Of a DNA stretch of 64,000 bases, positions 55,624-64,000 are shown piece after piece. Under the pieces are notes generated by a model. The model was not told the DNA's origin, did not search any database, and saw only the letters and a list, made by a program, of their open reading frames with translations. The translations under genes and the position numbers were made by a program. Numbering within the stretch: the first letter of the stretch is position 1; every line of letters begins with the position of its first letter. Source of the stretch: Histomonas meleagridis 2922-C6/04-290x (lineage: Eukaryota > Protista > Parabasalia); assembly GCA_020184695.1 (NCBI GenBank), contig JAANOX010000084.1:46568-110567 (forward strand), given 5' to 3'.

Positions 55624-57657
55624 TCATAAGGTCTTCAAGAAGTTGTTCACCTTCTGTACCTGTTGCTGTATTTCAGCGATTGTTGTATTGTAAATGGGTC
55701 TCTTGCTTCCTGGTGCCACTTCTACTATGTCATGTTTCCTTTTACTGACAGCATCGCAACAAATAAGGAAATCTTCAATATGAATTGCATAGTTCGAAAT
55801 GTTTCTTCTCAAGCCTTTCCTCAGTGCGGTGATTATATCGATTTTTTCAGGAGATTCTCCATATGATGAGAAAACATTTGGTTGAAGTAAGTTTGGCGTT
55901 GCATATACAAAAGCACTTTCTTCTCTACTGGAAGCGCGAAGTATATTCATTTGCATCAAGTCATTCATGTTTGCATAAAATCCAAATTTTTCTTCGACAA
56001 CAATAGATGATGAAATATGACTTCCCACCTGTTGTAGGAATCCCATTATTTCTCCAAACTTGTTAGAATAGTTTGGATCGCTGTTGTTGTGCTCAAGAGC
56101 GAAAAGTTTCAATAAACCGTCTCTGAAACGGTTTCTTCTTGATGGCTCTATGAACATTTGAAGTGCTTCGTCGAGGACATTTGGGTTCTTATAGATGTCA
56201 ATAGGAGTGAAATTCGTTCCGCTTTGCTTGAAAAATGTTTTGGAAACAATAAGAGATTCATCTGGTGAAAAAATATTTTGCATTTTCTCAAAGGTAATGC
56301 CTGGGCCTGAATCAGAAAGCATATCTGTGAGGAAAATGCAGTTGGAGTAAAGAGATACCATTTGAAGGGAACTTTGTAATGAAGAAATTCCACTTTTCAA
56401 TGATACATCAGTAATAATACAAATCCCGTTCTCAAAGGCTGTTTGAACATGTTCGAACAATTGGCTGTAACAGATAAATTGAGTGTAAAGTTCGAAATCA
56501 GATGTACATACATCTTTGAAAAGTTCACTATATCGTTGAATAAATGCTCCATATGAAGGTATTTTATAAGTATTGTATTGTTGTCTTATCCATTCAACTT
56601 TTTTAATTCGAATACTATTAATTGAATCTTTTGGATCATATGTGATTGGTACTGATAATTGAACAGGATCTAAAAGTATATTATTTGACCCAAGAGTTTC
56701 AATATGTACATGAATTTGCTCTATTCCCCAATATTGAACAAGTTGAACAATTTCTGACAAAACCGGAAAAGTGCCACACGGGTCGTTTGGCTTTGAACGA
56801 AGGGAAATAAGCGAGAAATAGATGGTAAGAGGACGATATATCAAAGGGCCATCATATGTTGTTCGGATGGTGTTTATTTGAGTGCCTTGAAAAAGATTAA
56901 ATTTGAAGATTTTTGATTGAATTGAAAAGTTATCACAAAGAACTGAATACTCTTGGAAAGGAATTTTATTGGGGAACAAAATATGATATTCCCAATATTT
57001 CTTATAGTTCATTTGATATTGCTGATTCCCTAAACGTATACATACTGAACGTGGGAAGTTTTGTGCCCGATGACAATAGTTAAGAATGAATTCGGTGGTG
57101 TTTTGAGAATGGCTGTATAAGAAAATTGGTGGGAAATAAAATGGTATTGGCATTATGCTTTGAGAAAAGATATTATAAATACAAAAGCATCCTCCTTCGA
57201 TTGGTGAGCTCACAAGTAAGTGACGATGACGTCGTTCTGGTATCCAATTTTGGTTATCATTTGATATGCAATATGAGTATGTTATTGGGAATAAAAACGA
57301 TGTGAATATCTCTGCAGAACCAGCCCATAAATTTGTTGCAGAGTTATATTTCAAATTAATTTGATTATTTCCGTTGAATATTGGAAGTTCAGAAAAAACT
57401 AACACATTACGTGTTTGTGTGTTTTCTACTGCTAAAACAAATACAGCAGTGGAAGTGTCTTTGTGTTGTGTTGGTTCTAAAGAATCATTTACGTAGATAA
57501 TATTTGGAGGTTTATATGAAATTAATATTGAACGAGTTTGAGGGCCTAAGTATTGTGTCTGTGTAAAATAACAATAGTTTAACGAAACTGGATATTGAAT
57601 TGAATCACTAAGAATCATTTCATAATGGAAATTTGAAGATTGAGGATCTTTACTCAT
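55624..57657 (-). CDS. 4-alpha-glucanotransferase (GH77/DPE2)-like protein with CBM20-like N-terminus, divergent
   Basis: SLRSKPNDPCGTFPVLSEIVQLVQYWGIEQIHV resembles the DPE2 SLRS...GIGDF motif; YTQFICYSQL; IEDF. Confidence 0.6.
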   Translation of the reverse strand: MSKDPQSSNFHYEMILSDSIQYPVSLNYCYFTQTQYLGPQTRSILISYKPPNIIYVNDSLEPTQHKDTSTAVFVLAVENTQTRNVLVFSELPIFNGNNQINLKYNSATNLWAGSAEIFTSFLFPITYSYCISNDNQNWIPERRHRHLLVSSPIEGGCFCIYNIFSQSIMPIPFYFPPIFLYSHSQNTTEFILNYCHRAQNFPRSVCIRLGNQQYQMNYKKYWEYHILFPNKIPFQEYSVLCDNFSIQSKIFKFNLFQGTQINTIRTTYDGPLIYRPLTIYFSLISLRSKPNDPCGTFPVLSEIVQLVQYWGIEQIHVHIETLGSNNILLDPVQLSVPITYDPKDSINSIRIKKVEWIRQQYNTYKIPSYGAFIQRYSELFKDVCTSDFELYTQFICYSQLFEHVQTAFENGICIITDVSLKSGISSLQSSLQMVSLYSNCIFLTDMLSDSGPGITFEKMQNIFSPDESLIVSKTFFKQSGTNFTPIDIYKNPNVLDEALQMFIEPSRRNRFRDGLLKLFALEHNNSDPNYSNKFGEIMGFLQQVGSHISSSIVVEEKFGFYANMNDLMQMNILRASSREESAFVYATPNLLQPNVFSSYGESPEKIDIITALRKGLRRNISNYAIHIEDFLICCDAVSKRKHDIVEVAPGSKRPIYNTTIAEIQQQVQKVNNFLKTL

Positions 57658-57836
57658 GCGTTGATTTTGTGGCCCATTTTCTACTGTGATGAATACATCT
57701 GGAGGAGGGTTTGCGAGTTCAAGAGAGAAAACTAACTTTAATTCTGTAATTGGGATCTAAAAAATCGTACGGTTTACGCCGGTTATCACCGTTTATGTTT
57801 CATCGACCGTTAATTTTGCTGACTGTTTTTATAAAA

Positions 57837-59137
57837 ATGTTTTTGGCAATTTATCAATTAATTCAAAATGATGATATTGATAAAATTCAAGAGATTCTTG
57901 ATGATCCACAAGGCCAGGAATTTATTTTTGATCCATCTGAAAAAAATCTTCCAGAAATTCTTAGAAGTAATGATTCATTAATTCATGCTGCTGCTTATTG
58001 TAATGCAACTAAATGCCTTCATGCAATTAATTCAAAATGGCCCAGTAATACAAAGTTTCAAATAGATTTATTTGGACGCAATTTTCTTCATATTTTATCA
58101 TATACTGGGAATGTTACTCTTCTATCAGATCCAGATTTTAGCACATATAATTTTAACTCTGTTGATATCAATGGGAAAACACCACTTTTCTATGCAATAG
58201 AACAACAACAATTTGATTGCGTTAAATATTTAGTTGAAACCAAAGGAGTCAATATTAATCATAAAAATTCCATGGAGCTTAATCCGCTTCATGTAGCAGC
58301 CGAAATTGGGAATGTTAAAATTTTCTCATATTTATTAGATCATGGATGTGAATATTGTGAATCATGGAATAAGTCCACACCAATGTCGCTTGCTATTAAC
58401 TATGGACAAATTGAAATTGTTAAGTTTCTTTTCTCTCTAAAAGATAAAAAATTTTGGGAATATTCAAAGGACGTTTATTTTATGTTTTTGGAGTTTGTTT
58501 CGAATTTTTCAGAATCTTTTTCATCTAGCATCTTTATCAGGGTTTCATGAAGCGTTTCCTCTCATTAAGGAAAACACTGATTATGATATCAATAAAATTG
58601 ATGAATTTGGATATGCACCAATTCATTATGCATCTGAATATGGATTTGAAAATGTTTATAAAGTTATTTCTTCTATCGAAGGATCGGATATAAATTTATT
58701 TTGTTTAAATGGAATTTCATTTATATATTTAATGCTCCAATTCATATTTCAGTTATTTTTAGACAGATGAAATTTTGTAGCTTCTTGATTAAAGAAGATT
58801 CGAAATTATTAGAATTTAAAAATAAAATTGGATTAACACCATTTTTAATTGCATGCCAAGAAAGTCTACTTAATTTTGTACAATATTTCCAAAAACAAGG
58901 AGCAGATGTTAATGTTGTTGATAATAATGGAGTTTTTTCATATGTTTTAATGATTATAAACAAATTGTAAAAGGTCCTTTTAAACAAGATATATTAGATT
59001 CGATTGCGGGTATAGAGAAAACAGTTAATCCTTCTACTGAAACAGTAAAAAAGCAAAAAAAGCATAAGAAAAAAATTAAAAAAAGTAAAAAAAGTAAAAA
59101 GAAAGAAACTAAGGACGATAAATGCAAAACACAATAA
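57837..59137 (+). CDS. Ankyrin-repeat protein split by 37-, 17- and 17-nt inserts; Lys-rich C-terminus ending CKTQ
   Basis: Four consecutive frames join when 58476-58512, 58717-58733 and 58935-58951 are removed; no other lesions. Confidence 0.75.
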
Positions 59138-59204
59138 ATATAAATAGATTGAAAACTTTATTTTGTGATTGAATAGTTTACAGTGAATTTGGAGGACGTT
59201 TAAA

Positions 59205-62200
59205 ATGTTTCGTTCCATCTCTCTTGAGTCAACTTTTGGCTTAAAAGATTTTCAACATATAGAGAGTTTGGGTTTTGGAACAAATGGAACGGCATATAGC
59301 GCGTTGGATGAGGAAAATCAACAGAAAATTGTCATTAAATGTATACCAAATTTTCACTCACAACAACTCCAACCTTTCAAATCAAAACTATTAGTAACAT
59401 TTCCATCACTATTAAGCTATTGTGGAATTAGAGTTGTAGAAATTAATAGTTTACCACATTTTCTTTTATTATCAGAATTTTATGAAAAAGGTTCATTAGC
59501 AAAGCATCTTTCTAGCAAACTCACTCCTACCCAAAAATCAAAAATTATTTTTGGAACAGCTGCAGCTATGTATTTTCTTCATTCAAATAACATAATTCAT
59601 GGACATTTATATCCTTCAAATATCCTTCTTGATTCTAATATGGAGCCGAAAGTTGTTGATTTTGGTCTTTATCAATTTCATCAAAATGATCAATCATTAT
59701 TATTAATCAACAAAAAATCACAATATATTGCGCCAGAATATATGCTTAGTTCTTCTCTTAATGAAGGATGTGATGTTTATTCTTTTGGTATGCTAGTTTA
59801 TTGTATATTAACAGATTCACTACTTCAAGAAGATAGCATTAAATTTCTTTCTAAAACAGCACTTGGTCAACGTCCCGAAATTCCATCAACAATCGATGAT
59901 TTTTATGCAACACTTATTCGTAATTGTTGGGCTCATAATCCAGATAAACGAATTACATTTTCCAAAATTCTATCGGACTTTTACATAAACAATTCATTTA
60001 TAATTAACGGCTCCGACATCAAAGAAGTCCGTTTATATCAAGATAAAATCATTCCTAAAGGTTTTTCTGTCATTAAATCTTCTAAACAACTTTATTTTTT
60101 ACCATATCCATCTATTAATCTTCCAACTCATGATTTTCATATATTTTTAAATAATTTTAATTATCAAACACAATATGAAACATTACCAAAAAACAAAGAA
60201 TTTACAATGATCTATGATTCATCACCTGAACCAAAAATAGTTGCAAAAATTACAACCAAACCAATTCAACGAGAATCAGAACGCCTTCTTCAACAAATGG
60301 AAGAAGATATTATCTACAAAAAAGTTAAAACAGTTAAAGTCAAACAAAAGAAAATCAAAAAATCGAATTCATTCCAAACGACCACAAAAAGTAATAGTAC
60401 ATTTGATTTAAAGGTCATAGCAAAATCAGGTAATGTTGAAAGTCAATACAAATATGGAATGATGTTATTAAATGGCCAAGATTGTGAAAAGAATCAATCT
60501 CAAGGTGCGTATTATATTAAAATGGCAGCAGACAGCGGATTTTTAAAAGCGCAACGAACGTATTCATTTTTATTAAAGAATGGAACTGGAGTTAATGAGA
60601 ATCCAAAACTAAGTTTATATTATATGAAATTAGCAGCGAATAGTGGCGATTTAACATCACAAATGGAATATGCGTCACAAATATTAGAACTAGGTGAAAA
60701 CATACAACAAAACTTAAAAGAATCCGCAAAATATTATAAAGCTGCAGCACAACAAAACAATAATAATGCGAAATTCATTTATGCGACGATTTTATTAGAA
60801 GGGAAAGGAGTACAAAAAAACATAATCGAAGCAATAAAATATTATCGATTAGCTGCTGATCAAGGACACTTTCAATCGCAATTAAAGCTTGCAATGTTAT
60901 TAAATAATTCGGAATCTTCGAAATATATGAAAATGGCAGCTGACGCAGGTGATGCTAAAGCTCAAACATTATATGCGAAAATGTTATTTAAAGGGAAAAA
61001 CATTGAAAAGAATATACAACTTGGATTAAGATATTTGAACTTAGCTATTGAACAAAATGATAAAGAAGCATTATATATCTATGGTAAGATGCTTTATTAT
61101 GAATTAAATAACCCGAAACAAGGTATAATATATATAAAGAAATCAACAAAACTTGGAAACATTAAAGCAATTTTCCAATATGGTTTAATCTTAGGACATT
61201 TCGATTATATTAATAATAATAATATATTTCAATTCACAAATATATATAAAAGTAATGATATGAAATTTAATCATTGGCCTTTACTTTATATTCACTTTAA
61301 AGGAATTTCATTAAAGAAAATTTTAAAGGCAAAAAACTTTATTAAAAATGCTGCCGATAATGGATTAATTGAGGCTCAATATTTTTATGCTTTAATGTTA
61401 CATTATGGTGAAGGTGTTGACTCAAATATTTTGGAAGCAATTAAATATTATAAAGTGGCTGCTGATAATGGCCATAAATTCGCTCAATTGTCTTATGCAA
61501 TTTTATTGGATGACGGTTTTGGGGTGTCCCAAAATTTGAGAGAAGCAGCAAAATATTATAAATTAGCTGCTGACAATAATGAAATTAATTCAATTGTGAA
61601 TTACGCTTTTATGTTATATAGTGGAAGAGGTATAAATAGAAATAAAAAAGAAGCAGCTAAATATTTTAAAAAGGCTGCTGACGAACATTCAATTGTTGCT
61701 CAATATAAATATGGCGTAATGCTGTTCTTAGGACAATCAATCCCTAGAAATGTCCCACTTGCAGTCCATTATTTTAATCTTGTGATATTCGATAACGAAC
61801 ATATTCAATTGAACTTTTTAAGACATGCTTATGATGAATCGATTCTTCAAATGAAACAAGAATCTGCTCGTTTGATTAGAATGTCAGCTGAACAAAATTG
61901 TACTGATGGTCAACAAAAATATGCAATAATGCTTTTAAAAGGACAAATTTTCCCTAAAGACATAAAAGAATCAATGAAATACTTCAAGAAGGCTGCTGAA
62001 AAAGGTGATATTTTATCACAAAATCAATATGCATTATATCTTGAACAAAATAAACAGTTTAAAGAAGCTGCTAAATACTATAAAATGGCCGCCGATCAAA
62101 ACCATCCACAAGCGCAATTACATTATGCAATTATGCTTGATAATGGAGTAATTGAATCTGAAAATAATTTTGTTGAAGCTGCGAAATATTATAAAATGTC

Positions 62201-62810
62201 AGCTGACCAAGGCGTTGTTCAATCGCAATTATTTTATGGGAACATGCTTGAGAATGGTGATGGAATCCCTCGAAATTTCGAGGAAGCAGCAAAATATTAT
62301 AAAATGGCATCTAAAACGAACGTTAACGCGATGCTTTTGTACGGTAAACTATTGAAACATGGGCGCGGTGTTAAACAAGATTTACAAAGTGCAGCCTTTT
62401 ATTTAAAGAAAGCTGCGGATAATAAAAATAAATTTGCACAGTATAGTTATGCAAAAATGGTTGAAAAAGGAGAAGGAACTAAAAAAGATTTAAAAATTGC
62501 TGCGAGATATTATAAAATGTCTGCAGATAATTTCGAAATGACTAAAGCGCAATTTAAATATGCACAAATGTTACAAAAGGGTATCGGAGTAAGAAAGAAT
62601 TACAAGTTGGCTACAAGATATTATCGACTTGCAAGTCAGCTGTATGAACCTGACGAAGTGAAAATTAGAAAAATTGTGCAAAAGGCATTGTTTTGGATCG
62701 CTGTCGTCGACATGATTTTCATGATGTTGTATTTGTTTATCTTTGCCATTTTATTCAACATATTACCACATTTGTTCTGCTTTCTATACAACATTTCAGC
62801 TAAAAAATAA
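59205..62810 (+). CDS. TKL-like (pseudo)kinase with Sel1 repeats and C-terminal TM helix
   Basis: LGFGTNG, IVIK, HGHLYPSN, DFG, APE; about 18 Sel1 repeats (EAAKYYKxAADxG); hydrophobic tail. Confidence 0.88.
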   Translation: MFRSISLESTFGLKDFQHIESLGFGTNGTAYSALDEENQQKIVIKCIPNFHSQQLQPFKSKLLVTFPSLLSYCGIRVVEINSLPHFLLLSEFYEKGSLAKHLSSKLTPTQKSKIIFGTAAAMYFLHSNNIIHGHLYPSNILLDSNMEPKVVDFGLYQFHQNDQSLLLINKKSQYIAPEYMLSSSLNEGCDVYSFGMLVYCILTDSLLQEDSIKFLSKTALGQRPEIPSTIDDFYATLIRNCWAHNPDKRITFSKILSDFYINNSFIINGSDIKEVRLYQDKIIPKGFSVIKSSKQLYFLPYPSINLPTHDFHIFLNNFNYQTQYETLPKNKEFTMIYDSSPEPKIVAKITTKPIQRESERLLQQMEEDIIYKKVKTVKVKQKKIKKSNSFQTTTKSNSTFDLKVIAKSGNVESQYKYGMMLLNGQDCEKNQSQGAYYIKMAADSGFLKAQRTYSFLLKNGTGVNENPKLSLYYMKLAANSGDLTSQMEYASQILELGENIQQNLKESAKYYKAAAQQNNNNAKFIYATILLEGKGVQKNIIEAIKYYRLAADQGHFQSQLKLAMLLNNSESSKYMKMAADAGDAKAQTLYAKMLFKGKNIEKNIQLGLRYLNLAIEQNDKEALYIYGKMLYYELNNPKQGIIYIKKSTKLGNIKAIFQYGLILGHFDYINNNNIFQFTNIYKSNDMKFNHWPLLYIHFKGISLKKILKAKNFIKNAADNGLIEAQYFYALMLHYGEGVDSNILEAIKYYKVAADNGHKFAQLSYAILLDDGFGVSQNLREAAKYYKLAADNNEINSIVNYAFMLYSGRGINRNKKEAAKYFKKAADEHSIVAQYKYGVMLFLGQSIPRNVPLAVHYFNLVIFDNEHIQLNFLRHAYDESILQMKQESARLIRMSAEQNCTDGQQKYAIMLLKGQIFPKDIKESMKYFKKAAEKGDILSQNQYALYLEQNKQFKEAAKYYKMAADQNHPQAQLHYAIMLDNGVIESENNFVEAAKYYKMSADQGVVQSQLFYGNMLENGDGIPRNFEEAAKYYKMASKTNVNAMLLYGKLLKHGRGVKQDLQSAAFYLKKAADNKNKFAQYSYAKMVEKGEGTKKDLKIAARYYKMSADNFEMTKAQFKYAQMLQKGIGVRKNYKLATRYYRLASQLYEPDEVKIRKIVQKALFWIAVVDMIFMMLYLFIFAILFNILPHLFCFLYNISAKK

Positions 62811-63527
62811 CTTTTCTACCAGTATTTCTTGCAATTAATTTCAAAATTCATTTTTGTTAATTGAGGAATTGTTATATTTGTTATTCGCCACACGAATACA
62901 GTAAAACATCAATCTAGTGAAAGTGCTATAAACAAAAAGAAGAATTTCAAATGAAAGTGTAGAAAACGAAATTAAATTATTCATTATTAATTATCAATGG
63001 ATAAAATTTTATAAGAATTAATTTCTTTCAAATTTTTTATAGAATAAAAAGCGATCATTTTCTAATATACATTTTAAAAATTTGTTTTTGCATAATGTTT
63101 GGTTGGACTCAATCTTTAAATATGTTTTAATTTGAATGCTAAATCTTATCTAAGTCCGAAATCATTTTAATTCATTCAATAACATAAATATATGTTTGTG
63201 ATAATTGAATCTATTTAAGAGAATATACATAAACGAAAAGAGAATAGTATGTAAAAATTTCATTGTAAAAACCATGTTTAATGAAAATCAAGATAGGAAA
63301 AAAAATCAAAGAACTGATCACATAAACATAAATTTAGCAGAACAAAATAATAAAAATGATAAAATATTTCTCTTATTAGGGTAAATGACTTTTCGCATAT
63401 GTAAAACATGATTAAATTGGATGTGGAAGCTTAAAAAGCAAAAACAGAGAAATCAGCAATTTTTCAGAATTAAATACATCGTTCGTTAACAAATATTTCA
63501 TAAACATCTGAATTTTAGTTGTAAAAA

Positions 63528-64000
63528 ATGAAAGCAAAAGCTTTCATTGTTGTAAACGTTTATGATTTGACTAAGCTAAACAAGCTCTTTAGATTTGCTA
63601 AGCTAGGTGTATATCATACAGCTGTTGTTATAGATAATTTGTATGAATATTATTTTGGGTTCAAAGCATATTCATATACAGGAATTGATATACCTGAAAT
63701 TGTAGGGTCTTTACCATCCTCAATGACAGAATTTTATACGAAGGTTGAAATGGGCGAATCAAAATATACAGCCGAAGAATGTGAAGAAATAATCAACATT
63801 TTTACATCTTCCTCTCGCTGGCTCAGTGACCATTATAACATTCTTTATCACAACTGCAACGATTTTTCATATGAGTTATGTTCTGTTCTTCTCGAAAAAG
63901 AACAAATAAAAAAATTCCCATTCTGGGTTAAGCGTGGTATGTATTTAGGAAGGTTTATTTTTTCTACTTCTATCTCTTACATCTTAGGATTGTCTTCACA
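63528..64000 (+). CDS. PPPDE/DeSI peptidase (runs off the window end)
   Basis: Own translation: VNVYDL...GVYHTAVV...YNILYHNCNDFS, giving the His/Cys dyad; open to 64000. Confidence 0.85.
   Translation, partial: MKAKAFIVVNVYDLTKLNKLFRFAKLGVYHTAVVIDNLYEYYFGFKAYSYTGIDIPEIVGSLPSSMTEFYTKVEMGESKYTAEECEEIINIFTSSSRWLSDHYNILYHNCNDFSYELCSVLLEKEQIKKFPFWVKRGMYLGRFIFSTSISYILGLSS

Noticed and set aside
58473-58512. Canonical GT...AG 40-nt intron reading of the first 58k insert
   Set aside because: It restores the frame but has no ACTAAC branch motif and shortens the ankyrin loop by one residue. The neighbouring inserts have no AG. Kept only as an alternative.
61195-61310. Possible retained insert within the Sel1 repeats (GHFDYINNNN...IHFKG)
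   Set aside because: Its length fits one degenerate ~36-aa Sel1 repeat; no frame disruption.

Overview
This is AT-rich eukaryotic DNA in the standard genetic code, almost certainly from a parabasalid (Tritrichomonas/Trichomonas-like). That call is an inference from an Initiator-binding-domain gene, TCAYTW Inr motifs, DUF3447-ankyrin genes and a kinase-Sel1 gene. Housekeeping genes (BEACH, Furry/Tao3-like, TRAPP-like, ubiquilin, DMC1, MFS, tRNA-Val) are intronless and open, and are interleaved with decaying accessory DNA. The main discovery is a set of more than 20 U-rich inserts that interrupt ankyrin-repeat genes at one fixed position in the repeat, the D-x-x-G-x-T loop. Most are 68 nt, others 48, 37 or 17 nt. 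They lack the GT...ACTAAC...AG parabasalid intron signature, share NTT|...YTT-NNN| borders and can often form a hairpin. Removing them restores clean ankyrin repeats. In one gene it also restores a polybasic CaaX-like C-terminus that lies in another frame. This points to a non-canonical intron class or a translational bypass system. Also present: a degraded CRESS-DNA-virus-like endogenous element, probable bacterial transfers (thyX, GH3, a membrane-anchored GH5-like/CBM enzyme), a karyopherin-like gene broken by two stops and a frameshift, and two minisatellites directly 3' of genes.
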